Of a DNA stretch of 64,000 nt, positions 10,522 through 21,837 are shown in pieces. Within the stretch, counting starts at the first letter, position 1; every line of letters starts with the position of its first letter. A model generated the notes under the pieces. The model was not told where the DNA came from. It saw only the letters and a list, made by a program, of their open reading frames with translations, and made no database searches. The position numbers and the translations under genes were made by a program. Origin of the DNA: Thermodesulfobacteriota bacterium (GTDB taxonomy: Bacteria; Desulfobacterota_D; UBA1144; Nemesobacterales; JAJCZQ01); assembly GCA_965215275.1 (NCBI GenBank), contig OZ244044.1, positions 1,888,001 through 1,952,000 of the forward strand. Direction: 5' to 3'.

Positions 10522-11201
10522 TGAAAAACGTATTTGAGGTCGATGGTATTTACAAGACCTTTTCAAATAAGAAAAATAAAGTCGAAGTTTTAAAGGGAAT
10601 AACCCTTAATATACGCGATGGTGAAACGTTCGGTATACAGGGAGTATCAGGGGCCGGCAAGAGCACTTTACTGCATATACTGGGAACTTTAGAGAAACCA
10701 ACGGAGGGCAGGGTTCTGTTCGATGGGGTAGACGTCTTTAAGCATGATGACAAAGACCTGTCACGTATCAGGAACGAGAAGATAGGGTTCGTATTTTTGT
10801 ACCCCTATCTTCTTCCGGACCTAAATGCCTTGGAAAATGTTATGTTACACTGTTTGGCGAACGGAATGGAAAATAAAACAGCAAAGGAAAGGGCCTTGGC
10901 CATGTTGGAAAGGGTCGGTTTAGCAAATAAATCAAGCCATAAGCCAAGTGAACTGTCAGGTGGTGAACAGCAAAGAGTTGTAATTGCAAGGTCTGTTGTT
11001 TTAGGTCAAAAAGTAGTGCTTGCAGATGAACCGGTAGGTAACCTGGACTATAAAACAAAGATGAGTATAGTCGACCTCTTTTTAGGATTGAACGAGGAAA
11101 AAGGCATTACGTTCGTGATAATTACCTATAGCTCCAGGATATTTGACAGACTGAGCAGAAGGGCAATACTGTCGGATGGGAAAATAGTCGATGTTAACTA
11201 A
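10518..11201 (+). CDS. lolD: LolD-like ABC ATPase, degenerate
   Basis: GVSGAGKST, LSGGEQQRV and LADEP present, but Q-loop (FVFLYPY) and H-loop (IITY) substituted. Confidence 0.7.
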   Translation: MMKNVFEVDGIYKTFSNKKNKVEVLKGITLNIRDGETFGIQGVSGAGKSTLLHILGTLEKPTEGRVLFDGVDVFKHDDKDLSRIRNEKIGFVFLYPYLLPDLNALENVMLHCLANGMENKTAKERALAMLERVGLANKSSHKPSELSGGEQQRVVIARSVVLGQKVVLADEPVGNLDYKTKMSIVDLFLGLNEEKGITFVIITYSSRIFDRLSRRAILSDGKIVDVN

Positions 11202-11266
11202 AATTTATAGTGTTATTAAGTTCTTTCTCGCTTTTGTCACTAAAGCATATAATTCCTTTCGGATCA

Positions 11267-11383
11267 GGGGAACGACTGAGAGAATTAGAACAATATATTG
11301 CTAAAGCAAAAGAACAATACAAGGAAGCGACCCATGACTTTTACGGTTATATGAGGAAGCAATTGCAGACTTCGATAAAGTAG
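11267..11383 (+). pseudogene. 3' fragment of a TPR paralog
   Basis: Reads GERLRELEQYIAKAKEQYKEATHDFYGYMRKQLQTSIK*, the C-terminus shared by the TPR family. Confidence 0.75.
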
Positions 11384-11715
11384 TAGAGATCGACCCGCAA
11401 GATATAAACTACTGTTACAGATGGATAGCAAATTCGGACAAGAGAAATAACTGAGAGAGATAGAACAAGATAAAGCCGCTGCAGGTTTAGAGCGTGCCGG
11501 CAGATTGCGGAAAAAAAGATATTTCGAAGAAGTTCGCTTAGTGTATACAGAAAATACTTTATGAACTCCTTAGCAGAGGTAACTGGCTGATCGGAGTATT
11601 AAATCCCGATCTTTTAGTTATGGTAAAAGAGTTCAAATTTTTTCAGACGATATAAACCTTCTGCAATTTGTACTGTATAATAGTCAGTAAAGGATACAAC
11701 TTTCAGATAATAAAC

Positions 11716-12556
11716 ATGGACAGATCAAATACCTTACCAGAACCAAGAGATGCAAAAGGATACTTTGAACGCGGAAAAGACTTTTTGAACAAAGGAGAGA
11801 TTCTAAAAGCCATTGATGATCTAGATGAGGCAGTCCACCTTAATCCCCAATTTGCAATAGCTTACTATCATAGAGGGCTTGCCAAAAATGAACTTGGACA
11901 ATATAAGAAAGCGATCGAGGACTTTGATAAAGCAATAGGGAGCAATTTCCCCCCCCCCTCGAGATACAGAAATCTACTACCGCAGAGGGCTTGCCAAATA
12001 TAAACTTGGGCAATACAGAGAAGCAATTAAGGAGTTTGACAAACTAATAGAGGTCTATCCGCAATTAATAAGAAGTTACCATCTCAGAGGGATTTTCAAA
12101 AAAGCACTTGGTCAACACAATGAAGCACTTAAAGACTTTGGCAAGGTCATAGAGATTAATCCGAAATTCACAAGAGACTACTATCATAAAGGGCTTGTCA
12201 AAAATGAACTTGGACAATACAAGGAAGCGGTCAAGTACTTTGACAAAACAATAAAGTTCTCACGATTTCCAAGAACTTGCCATCAAAGAGGGCGTGCCAA
12301 ATACAAACTTGGTCAATACAATGAAGCACTTAAAGATCTTGACGAAGCAATAGAGATTAATCCACAATTAACAGAAACATACTATGACAGAGGGTGTGCC
12401 AAATATAAACTTGGTCAATACAGAGAAGCGACCCATGACTTTTATCGTTATATGAGGAAGCGATTTTGCAAGATACAAAATCTTGCTATTACAAGGGTGA
12501 TAGCAAATTTGGGGAATTATATAGGAAAGTTGACAAAATCCCATAACTCACTTTAA
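11716..12556 (+). pseudogene. TPR protein A, one frameshift at C10 tract 11949-11958; 3' end runs into a MITE
   Basis: With C9 the frame continues without stops through further TPR repeats and EATHDFYRYMRKR to TAA at 12554-12556 (translated by hand). Confidence 0.85.
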
Positions 12557-12957
12557 ATAGTTAACTTCTTTTATAAAAGGATTTACTTTAGAGGTTACTA
12601 CTGATTTAAACCTCTTATTCAGTTCTTCTTTAGGTGGTTTTTTTAAGTCGTTTGTGCGGGATTAGTTCCATTTTTAAAAACATCATTGATGCTTTATCTA
12701 TTGTTTGTTGTTTTTCTTTTTTTTGCTTTTAATTTTTTCATTATAAAACAAATAACTATTAAATATGATCAAGACTCCTCCATACTGTATTATCATTACT
12801 TAATTCTTCAAAGATAATAATTTTTCTTAACATACTGCTAAAAAGAGCATCCAATCGGTCTTGTGTGTCTGTTTTAACAACCATCATTTAACTTGAACGA
12901 AAATTCACCTATATACTTCTCAAATTGCTATTTTGTCAACTTTTCTATATAATTCCC
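12511..12957 (-). mobile_element. IS1595-derived MITE, family A copy 2
   Basis: TIRs ggggaattatataggaaagttgacaaaat / attttgtcaacttttctatataattccc; minus strand encodes transposase-like tail VKTDTQDRLDALFSSMLRKIIIFEEL. Confidence 0.8.
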
Positions 12958-13341
12958 ATAATTTTACTTATCTGTTAAATCCCTTGAAAGTTTCAAACTT
13001 GAAACTCCTTTAAGATTTGTTGTTAACAAGTAAACAGAGATAAGCCAAATCTGGAGTGGTAATTTGCTTTGCTCTAATATCGTCCCCTGTCTGATACTAA
13101 ATCTTTTTCTGCAATCCTTAATATTACCATAATATCAATTAGTCTTTTTGATTCTTTGGGTAATTAAGTATATATTCCCCTTAAATATCAAGATACTTAC
13201 TAAGGCATTAAATATATATAAAAGAGATTAATATAGGTAAACCTCTTTCAGCTATTCATCCTGTATTGGGAATAATATGACTCTAGCGGTGACCTGAAAC
13301 TTCTATTAAATGGTAAAGAATACACCTTTCGGAGAATAAAC

Positions 13342-14585
13342 ATGGACAGATCAAATACCTTATCAGAACCAAAGGATGCAAAAGGATACTTTGAACGCGG
13401 AAACGCGTTTTTGGACAAAGGAGAAGTCTTAAAAGCTATTGATGATCTGGATGAGGCGATTCATCTCAATCCCCAATTTGCAAGAGCTTACTTTAATAGA
13501 GGGCTTGCCAAAAATGAACTTGGACGATACAAGGAATCGATTGAGGATTTTTATAAAGCAATAGGGACCAATCCCCCCCCCTCCCCCATCAAGATGCAGG
13601 GTTTTACTATTGTAGAGCTGAATATTGTACAGGGCGAGAGCCTGTCAAAAACGAACCTAGGGAAACGATCAAAGACCTTGACAAAGTAATAGAGGTCTAT
13701 CCCCAATTTGCAAGAGCTTACCAACGTAGAGGGTTTGCCAATTATAAACTTGGGCAATACAGAGAGGCGATCAAGGACTTTGACAAAGTAATAGAGGTCT
13801 ATCCCCAATTTGCAAGTGCTTACTATCGTAGAGGACTTGCAAATTATGAACTTAGGCAATACAGAGAGGCGATCAAGGACTTTGGCAAAGCAATAGAGAT
13901 CTATCCCTATCCGCACCTTATAAGCCTTAACTATCAAAGAGGACTTACCAAAAATGAATTTGGGCAATACGAGAAAGCAACCAAAGACTTTGATGAGTCA
14001 AAATCCTACTATGACAGAGGGTGTGCTAAATGCAGGCTTGGGCAATACAAGAAAGCGATCGAATATTTTGACAAATCAATAGAGACCAACCCGAAATTAT
14101 CAGAAGACTACTTTACGAAAAAGTATGCCAAAAACAGACTTAAATACTACAAGTACATAATTACAGAAAATTACTATAACAGAGGACTTGCTAAAGTCAG
14201 GCTTATGCAATATAAAGAAGCGGTCGAAGACTTTGACAAGGCAATAGAGATCAATCCGCAATTAACAATAGCTTATTATAACAGAGGACTTGCTAAAGTC
14301 AGGCTTATGCAATATAAAGAAGCGGTCGAAGACTTTGACAAGGCAATAGAAATCAAACCGCAATTGGTAATAGCTTACAATGACAGAGGGTCTGCCAAAT
14401 ACGAACTTGGACAATATAAAGAAGCGGTCGAAGACTTTGACAAAGCAATAGAGATCAATCCGCAATTAACAATAGCTTACAATAACAGAGGACTTGCTAA
14501 AGTCAGACTTAGACAATACAAAGAAGCGACCCATGACTTTTACGGTTATATGAGGAAGCGACTGCAGACTTTGATAAAATGGTAG
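13342..14585 (+). pseudogene. TPR protein B, one frameshift at C9 tract 13573-13581
   Basis: Adding one C joins ORF 13342 to ORF 14205 through a stop-free TPR frame (414 aa). Confidence 0.88.
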
Positions 14586-14898
14586 AACCGACCTGCAAGA
14601 TGCAAAATCCTATACTGACAGAGAATTTGCTAAAACCCGACTTAGGCAATACAAAGAAGCAATTAAGGAATTTGACAAGGCAGTAGAAATTGATCCAGAT
14701 GAAGATCACAACTGCTATGAACGGGCAATTATGAAACTATGCCTGAGTGAATAGGAAAGTGCCAAAGCAGACCTGATCATTATTATAAAATGGTTTAATA
14801 TTGCCTGCTTTTTCCACGATGAGCATAAAAGCGTCACTGAATTAGAGAAAAGATTTAATGTTATACTGCAGGCAGAGATCAAGACGCTGCTGACCTGA
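14586..14898 (+). pseudogene. Decayed TPR repeat and C-terminal domain relic
   Basis: Fragments QYKEAIKEFDKAVEIDP and AKADLI...FHDEHKSVTELEKRFNVILQAEIKTLLT* with frame disruptions. Confidence 0.5.
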
Positions 14899-15207
14899 TA
14901 AGATGAAGATTGAAGATCAGGCGCAAAAGGATGCTTTGAACGCTGAGATGATAATTAAACAAAACCGGTGATTTTTAACCTCTTGAAAATTCCAAAGACA
15001 CCTTTACTTATCCCGCAAGTCTTTCACAGCTGAGGAGTTGCTGAAATAACCTTGTACAAGTTGTCAGCACGGATAAATAAAGCAGTCAGTTAAATGCAGC
15101 ATAAAGACTAAAAGATCTGAAAGTTAAGCATCTGACCTAACTTAGCTGCTGAAGGTATATGGCCTTAATTTATCTGTTAAAAAAGCTCTTTATGGTTTAT
15201 TATATTG

Positions 15208-15452
15208 GGGGACTATATACTTAATTATCCAAAGAGATCTAACTACTTGTTATCATTAACTTTTAATTTATTTTTAAGTTTTCTTGCCTTGATAATAGCT
15301 TTTTGTTTAGCAAATATAGCATCCACTACCTCTTCCATAGAAACTTTTACAGGCTGTATTAATTTTGGTTTTATTCCCATTTATCCCCCTCTCTCTTAAT
15401 ACTTAATATATCCCCTTTTTTGATTTTATGGGGAATTAAGTATATAGTCCCC
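15208..15452. mobile_element. 245-bp IS1595-derived MITE carrying only a small ORF
   Basis: Perfect 19-bp TIRs ggggactatatacttaatt / aattaagtatatagtcccc; interior homologous to the 3' end of the IS at 39900-40970. Confidence 0.88.
15243..15380 (-). CDS. 45-aa basic IS1595 accessory protein (MGIKPKLIQPVKVSMEEVVDAIFAKQK...)
   Basis: Intact ORF with AGAGGGGG RBS inside the MITE; frameshifted homolog at 40793. Confidence 0.6.
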   Translation of the reverse strand: MGIKPKLIQPVKVSMEEVVDAIFAKQKAIIKARKLKNKLKVNDNK

Positions 15453-15787
15453 TTAATTTTTGCCACTTCTTAAGTTTGTTTATAAGATTTGGGTTGTGAA
15501 TAAATTCTTACGGGTTCTCAATTCCTCACTGACTATTTTTGTAATTTTTCTACATTCATGTCCATCGTCAAAAAATACTCTGTTGCATCGTTATTTTGCT
15601 TAGTTTGTTTTTTATAAACTTGCAGTTCTCTATATGACTCAAAAGTCATTTTCTTGTATACAACAAATTTGCCAATTATAGATTGAGAAGTATCAGAGTC
15701 ATAACCCCAATTATGATTTTTATAATTTGACAATTTGTTATAGTTTAAGGAAAATTTATCTTCAATACAATTTACTTGGAGATAAAG

Positions 15788-16102
15788 ATGTTAGCTGTAA
15801 TCAAAACCTGCGGGAAGCAGTATATGGTTAAACCCGGCGATGTAATTAATGTTGATAAGATACAAGGGGAGCATGGGTCCGAAGTACAGTTCAGCGAAGT
15901 TCTCATGTTATCAGATGGAGAAGGAAGTGTGAAAGTAGGAACTCCATTTGTTGATGGCGCACTGGTTAATGGTATAATCCTTGGAGAGAAGAAGGGAGAG
16001 AAGTTAACCATATTTAAGTTCAGAAGAAGAAAAGGTTATAGAAAAAAAACGGGACACAGACAAAGATATACATCAGTTAAAATAAATAGTATTAACGGCT
16101 AA
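15788..16102 (+). CDS. rplU: 50S ribosomal protein L21
   Basis: [12 protein letters not shown]...[17 protein letters not shown]. Confidence 0.97.
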   Translation: MLAVIKTCGKQYMVKPGDVINVDKIQGEHGSEVQFSEVLMLSDGEGSVKVGTPFVDGALVNGIILGEKKGEKLTIFKFRRRKGYRKKTGHRQRYTSVKINSING

Positions 16103-16116
16103 ACCGGGAGGTTCTT

Positions 16117-16371
16117 ATGTCTACTAAAAAGGGTGGCGGCAGCACAAGCAACGGAAGAGACTCTGCCGGTAAAAGGTTAGGAGTTAAGAAATTCGGAGGT
16201 CAATCCGTTAGAGCCGGTAATATAATTGTGAGGCAGCGCGGTACGAAAGTTCATCCCGGTCCGAACGTCGGACTTGGCAAGGACTACACGCTTTTTGCAC
16301 TGATCGATGGTTCCGTTAAGTTCGAAAGATTCAAAAAAAATAAAACTAAAGTAAGTGTTTATCCCAATTAA
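16117..16371 (+). CDS. rpmA: 50S ribosomal protein L27
   Basis: [24 protein letters not shown]. Confidence 0.98.
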   Translation: MSTKKGGGSTSNGRDSAGKRLGVKKFGGQSVRAGNIIVRQRGTKVHPGPNVGLGKDYTLFALIDGSVKFERFKKNKTKVSVYPN

Positions 16372-16488
16372 GTTCCCCGTTTTTCACTTATTCCTCTACA
16401 AATTTAACCATTAGCGTATTCTTTCATTGTACGTACAATGTATAATATAATTAGTGTCAGGGTTTATCTGATACTAACGTGGGATTTT

Positions 16489-18042
16489 ATGAATACCAGA
16501 TCGGCTAAAGGTTATATTAAATTTTCGTTTTCATTGTTCATCACATTTTTGACATGTGTGATTATAGCTGTTGGCGTGGCTTTGTTTCACAGCCAGTACT
16601 TTGCCAATAAGATCATTGAATATAAGTCCTCCGAAATATCACAGGAGTTCAATAACTCTGACTCCCTTTCTCTTACTGCAAGGAATATGCTTCATAAGAG
16701 AGACGATATAAGCTACTTGAATATATTCAACGAAGAGGGTGTGTTACAAGAAAACTTTAGCATCGGCGATGCTGTCGGGACCAAAGAGGTTGTTTTAAAG
16801 TTATTTGACGGCCAATTTATAGGTTTGGGGTTAAGAACCGACGTGGTCCCACTCGTGGATTCCTATGCACTGTCTTGGAGTCTTATTATTGGTATAATTT
16901 CGGCTATTATTTTGCTCTTTATCATTTCAATCAGGGATTCAAAGGAGACCAAGCCGTTAAAGGAGTTTGAAAAAGCGATGGAAAGCATTTCTCAAGGTGA
17001 TTACACTGTCAGATTGGGCGGTTCTTTTCTTGGTCAAGATGGTAGTAAAAAAGATTATAACAGCACTTATATGATCTTTAATAAGATGGCGAGACATCTA
17101 TACGTAAAATACAGAGAGCGGAATATCTCTTATGTCCCGTCTATGGATGTACCACTTGAACTGAAAGAGAATAATGACCTTGATAATGGTGTGTCTGATA
17201 GCAGTTCAGAATTAGAATATAAATTAGAAGATGAACCAGAAGACACGAGTGCCGGACTTATTGGCCAGGAGTTTTTATTGGATGAAGGGAATAAGGACGA
17301 GGGATCTGAGGTGAAAGTGAAATTGGAGACTTCAGATATATCTACAGAACAAGATAACAATAATAACGGTGAGGTAATGGACCAAGTGGAAAAGACAGAA
17401 GACGACCTTGATGGACAAGAAATCCAAGAAGTCCCGAAAGAACCCGAGACTAGCGTGGAAGAAACAGTAAGACGTTCGTTTTTCGTCTCGGCAGTTGCCA
17501 AGTCGCATGAAGCACGTTCTGACTTGAGACATGTGAGCGTCCTTGTTGTTATAACAGAAGGTCTTGAGAATCTGCCCTGTGAAGAATATATGCAAAGTTT
17601 TTCAGAAATGATCGTAAGTTATGGAGGGAAGATAGACCATTCATTGCAAAGTGTGTTTGTTGCTGTTTTTAATCCTTCCGATGATAACTATCCATGTATG
17701 AGACCAATGTGTGCGGCGGTGGAAATATTAACAAAGCTTGCAGATACTGCGATAAGAAGCAAATCTGAAAACATGAAAACCGTGACCGGCAAAGTCGGTA
17801 TAAGCACAAAATCACTGTCCGATGTTTCAGATTCGCTTGAAGATTTGATAGAAGATGCCAAGCAGATCTGTGAGATTACACAGACTTGGAAGCTTTCAAT
17901 TTCCTCTGAGTTGTACGAAGAGGTAAAAGATTTTGTTGAAGCAAGGAAGTACACGGTTGATGGCAAGGATATTTATTCAGTTAAAGGTGTTGAGCATGGA
18001 GTGGTCCGTCCTGAAGGGAGACCTGAAAAAACCGACATGTGA
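16489..18042 (+). CDS. Membrane protein: 2 TM, HAMP, acidic linker, degenerate class III nucleotide cyclase-like domain
   Basis: TM segments; KPLKEFEKAMESISQGDYTVRL HAMP; cyclase-like pattern VSVLVV...YGGKIDH...VAVFN...KVGIS. Confidence 0.55.
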   Translation: MNTRSAKGYIKFSFSLFITFLTCVIIAVGVALFHSQYFANKIIEYKSSEISQEFNNSDSLSLTARNMLHKRDDISYLNIFNEEGVLQENFSIGDAVGTKEVVLKLFDGQFIGLGLRTDVVPLVDSYALSWSLIIGIISAIILLFIISIRDSKETKPLKEFEKAMESISQGDYTVRLGGSFLGQDGSKKDYNSTYMIFNKMARHLYVKYRERNISYVPSMDVPLELKENNDLDNGVSDSSSELEYKLEDEPEDTSAGLIGQEFLLDEGNKDEGSEVKVKLETSDISTEQDNNNNGEVMDQVEKTEDDLDGQEIQEVPKEPETSVEETVRRSFFVSAVAKSHEARSDLRHVSVLVVITEGLENLPCEEYMQSFSEMIVSYGGKIDHSLQSVFVAVFNPSDDNYPCMRPMCAAVEILTKLADTAIRSKSENMKTVTGKVGISTKSLSDVSDSLEDLIEDAKQICEITQTWKLSISSELYEEVKDFVEARKYTVDGKDIYSVKGVEHGVVRPEGRPEKTDM

Positions 18043-18069
18043 TCCCATCAGTGTGTTTGATCTTAAGCA

Positions 18070-19131
18070 ATGCAAATGCAAGTCCAAAACATTAAAGAGT
18101 TATCGCCGAACAAGCTTGAAGAAGCCATTCTGGATATTGGAGAAAAATCCTACCGTGCCGGTCAAATTGGCAGATGGCTTTATCAAAAATACATAAGTAA
18201 CTATGACGATATGACGGATTTATCCGTCGGGTTGAGAAACAAGCTACGAAATGTTCTTCCCATAAATAGAACCCTGCATCTGGTAAAGGAGCAACTGTCC
18301 CGGGATGGAACGATCAAATATCTTTTTATGCTCAACGACGGCAACAGGATTGAATCAGTCTTAATTCCTGATAAAAAAAGATTTACACTGTGTGTTTCTT
18401 CACAGGTTGGTTGTGCCCTTGGGTGTAAATTTTGCCTTACTGCAACCGTGAGAAGGATAAGGAATCTGAACACTGCAGAGATCATTGATCAAGTGTTGTA
18501 CGTGAATTCGGTTAGAAGTAAGCCGATTACAAACATTGTCTTTATGGGAATGGGAGAACCTCTGGATAATCTGGATAACCTTGTTAGCTCAATTCAAATA
18601 TTAACGGATAAAAGGTGCTTTGGAATATCTCCGAGGAAAATTACCGTGTCCACTTCTGGACTGGTTGATCAGATAGAGGAACTTGGAAAGAGGGTAAGCG
18701 TGAACTTATCCATTTCATTAAATGCGTCCAACGATGGAACAAGAAGCGATATAATGCCTGTAAACAAAAAATACCCGATCCGGCAGTTACTTACTGCTGC
18801 TGTTAAATATCCTTTGCCAAAGAGAAAACTGCTGACATTTGAGTATGTTTTACTTAAAGGCGTTAATGACTCCGATTTTGATGCGTCGGCACTTGCGGTC
18901 CTGTTAAAAGGTTTAAACGTTAAGGTTAACCTTATTCCCTATAACGAATCTCACCCTCTTCCTTACAATAGCCCTGACGCAGACAGAGTATTGAACTTTC
19001 AGAAAATACTTATGAATTCCCATATTAATGCAAAGATCAGGAAAAACAGAGGTAGAGATATTCTAGCTGCCTGCGGACAGTTGGCTTCGGGATATTCTCA
19101 TAACACTGTGTTTGAGAGGAACTGTTATTAA
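18070..19131 (+). CDS. rlmN: Dual-specificity RNA methyltransferase RlmN
   Basis: CVSSQVGCALGCKFC, MGMGEPLDN, DILAACGQL. Confidence 0.96.
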   Translation: MQMQVQNIKELSPNKLEEAILDIGEKSYRAGQIGRWLYQKYISNYDDMTDLSVGLRNKLRNVLPINRTLHLVKEQLSRDGTIKYLFMLNDGNRIESVLIPDKKRFTLCVSSQVGCALGCKFCLTATVRRIRNLNTAEIIDQVLYVNSVRSKPITNIVFMGMGEPLDNLDNLVSSIQILTDKRCFGISPRKITVSTSGLVDQIEELGKRVSVNLSISLNASNDGTRSDIMPVNKKYPIRQLLTAAVKYPLPKRKLLTFEYVLLKGVNDSDFDASALAVLLKGLNVKVNLIPYNESHPLPYNSPDADRVLNFQKILMNSHINAKIRKNRGRDILAACGQLASGYSHNTVFERNCY

Positions 19132-19146
19132 TTACTGACGGACGCC

Positions 19147-21795
19147 ATGCAAACAATGACTGGAAGTGAAATAAGAACCCTTTTTTTGGATTATTTTAAA
19201 AGCAAGGGACATATGGAAGTAAGTAGTTCTTCTTTAATTCCAAAGGACGACCCAACGCTTCTTTTTGTCAACGCGGGTATGGTGCAATTTAAAAATGTGT
19301 TCCTTGGAACGGAGAAAAGAGATTATAAACGTGCAGTTTCATCTCAAAAATGCGTGCGTGCAGGTGGAAAGCATAATGACCTTGACAACGTGGGATACAC
19401 TTCCCGTCATCACACATTTTTTGAAATGCTGGGCAATTTTTCATTTGGAGATTATTTTAAGAAAGAGGTCATTGAGTTTGGATGGGAACTTATTACAAGT
19501 GTATATGGGATAGCGGAAGATAAGCTATGGGTAACTGTATTTAAAGAAGACGATGAAGCATACGACCTTTGGAAGAACCATATAGGCATCAGTGACGGCA
19601 GACTGGTAAAGATGGGGGAGAGTGACAATTTCTGGTCAATGGCTGATACCGGACCGTGCGGTCCCTGCTCTGAGATCATTGTTGATCAAGGTGAGAGATT
19701 TGGCTGCGGAAAAAAAGATTGTAAAGTCGGATGTGATTGTGACAGATATCTGGAAATATGGAACTTGGTATTTATGCAGTTTTATAGAGATGATGCTGGC
19801 AATTTAACCAGACTTCCTAATCCGAGCATTGACACGGGGATGGGACTAGAGAGAATAGCGGCTGTGCTTCAGGCCGTAAAAAGCAATTACGAGACCGATC
19901 TTCTTCTTGAGATTATAGAAGATATCTCCGCGTTTTGTGGAACTGAGTACAAAAGAGGAACCAGTGAGAGTGATATTTCTATGAGGGTTATTGCAGATCA
20001 CTCAAGAGCGGTGAATTTTCTGATTTCCGATGGAGTATTTCCCTCTAACGAGGGTAGAGGATATGTTCTCAGACGAATACTGCGCAGAGCTGTAAGGCAT
20101 GCAAAAATGCTCGGGGTTGACAAACCGTTTCTTTACAAAACACTACCCAGCGTAAACAGGATATTCGGAGATGTCTATCCTGAACTTATAAAACGAGCGG
20201 ATTTTGTTTCACGAGTTGTTAGAACTGAAGAAGAGAGATTTCTGGAGACCATTGACCGTGGGCTTGAGCTTCTTGAGACTGAGGTAGCTGAACTTCAGGA
20301 AAGCAGTATCTTATCTGGAAAAGTAGCATTCAGGCTATACGACACTTACGGCTTTCCCTATGATCTGACAGAGGATATTACAAAAAGCAAAGGAATAAAA
20401 ATTGACTCTGCTGAGTTTAACCTGGCAATGAAGAAGCAGCGTGAACAATCAAGACAATCATTGAGGAAGACCGATGAGGGATTTACTGCCGGTTTATACG
20501 GAGACTTTGTCGCAGGAGGTTTGAGTGTTGATTTCACGGGCTATGAGCAGTTGGAGGGTCAGGCCCTGATTATGATGATAATAAATAACAATCAAGCTGT
20601 CGATAGTGCTTCTGAAGGAGACCTAGTGGAATTGATAACCGACTCAACGCCGTTTTATGGCGAATCCGGAGGACAGATAGGAGATAAAGGCAGGATAGAG
20701 TCCGGCAGGTTCAAGGGTGAAGTAGTTGACACGAAAAAACCGTTTACAGATCTTATAGTTCATAAAGTTAAGATAAAGAGAGGCACAGTATGGGTCGGTG
20801 ATAGGGTGAGTCTTATAGTGGACAAGGATTTCAGATCGGGAGTAAGTGCTCATCACACCTCCACGCATATACTTCACGCCACTCTTAAGGAAATACTTGG
20901 TGACCATGTAAACCAGGCAGGGTCGCTCGTAACCCCAGATAGACTGCGTTTTGATTTCAGCCATTATTCAGGGATAGAAAGTAAGGATTTAAGAAAGATA
21001 GAAGAGTTGATGAACGAGAGAGTGAGAACAGATGATGCCGTTGAAGTTCGTAGTAATATTCCATACGATGAGGCTATAAAGGATGGAGCCACGGCGATTT
21101 TTGAGGAAAAATATGGCGACAAGGTAAGAATTGTATCCATTGGAGATTATAGTAAGGAGCTTTGTGGTGGCACGCATTTATGCAGTTCAGGGGAGTCGGG
21201 ATTTATAAAGGTGATTAGTGAGGCGGCATCTTCAGCTGGAGTTAGGCGAATTGAAGCTGTAGCATCTGAATCTGCCGTAAAACTTTTCCATTACTACAAT
21301 AAAATAATTGAGAATGTAAGGTCTGAATTACAAGTTCCACATTCGCAGCTGATAAAGGGACTGAAAATGGTTGTTGATGAGAATGAGAGTCTGGTAAAGA
21401 AGTTGAAGAAATTTAAAGACCGTACTTTTTACAACGAGGTGGAAAGTTTTATAAAAAATGTTAAAAAAGTCAATGGTATAAAACTGCTCATCCAGGATAT
21501 AGAAGGTGCATCCGCGACGGATTTGAGAACCGTCTGGGACAGTGTTAAGCCAAAGATCTGTTCTGGTGTAACGGTCCTTGCGAGCAAAAATTCCGAGAAA
21601 GTTTTCCTGCTGGTTGGTGTTACAGAGGACCTTCTGGAAAAATATCACGCTGGTAATATTGTCAGGGAATTATCACGGATCGTTGGGGGGAAAGGAGGTG
21701 GAAAACCTGACCTTGCACAAGGTGGGGGAAGTATTACTTGTAAAATGAACGAAGCATTGGCGGCCGCTGGGGAAATAATAGAGGGAACATTTTAG
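19147..21795 (+). CDS. alaS: Alanine--tRNA ligase
   Basis: DDPTLLFVNAGM, HHTFFEMLGNFSFGDYFK, ELCGGTH, GGKGGG. Confidence 0.98.
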   Translation: MQTMTGSEIRTLFLDYFKSKGHMEVSSSSLIPKDDPTLLFVNAGMVQFKNVFLGTEKRDYKRAVSSQKCVRAGGKHNDLDNVGYTSRHHTFFEMLGNFSFGDYFKKEVIEFGWELITSVYGIAEDKLWVTVFKEDDEAYDLWKNHIGISDGRLVKMGESDNFWSMADTGPCGPCSEIIVDQGERFGCGKKDCKVGCDCDRYLEIWNLVFMQFYRDDAGNLTRLPNPSIDTGMGLERIAAVLQAVKSNYETDLLLEIIEDISAFCGTEYKRGTSESDISMRVIADHSRAVNFLISDGVFPSNEGRGYVLRRILRRAVRHAKMLGVDKPFLYKTLPSVNRIFGDVYPELIKRADFVSRVVRTEEERFLETIDRGLELLETEVAELQESSILSGKVAFRLYDTYGFPYDLTEDITKSKGIKIDSAEFNLAMKKQREQSRQSLRKTDEGFTAGLYGDFVAGGLSVDFTGYEQLEGQALIMMIINNNQAVDSASEGDLVELITDSTPFYGESGGQIGDKGRIESGRFKGEVVDTKKPFTDLIVHKVKIKRGTVWVGDRVSLIVDKDFRSGVSAHHTSTHILHATLKEILGDHVNQAGSLVTPDRLRFDFSHYSGIESKDLRKIEELMNERVRTDDAVEVRSNIPYDEAIKDGATAIFEEKYGDKVRIVSIGDYSKELCGGTHLCSSGESGFIKVISEAASSAGVRRIEAVASESAVKLFHYYNKIIENVRSELQVPHSQLIKGLKMVVDENESLVKKLKKFKDRTFYNEVESFIKNVKKVNGIKLLIQDIEGASATDLRTVWDSVKPKICSGVTVLASKNSEKVFLLVGVTEDLLEKYHAGNIVRELSRIVGGKGGGKPDLAQGGGSITCKMNEALAAAGEIIEGTF

Positions 21796-21837
21796 GCAAG
21801 ATATGGCGGAATGCTCAGTAAGTCCGAACAATCCCTG

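Noticed and set aside
15533..15733. 66-aa minus-strand ORF upstream of rplU
   Set aside because: TTG start and no recognisable motif.
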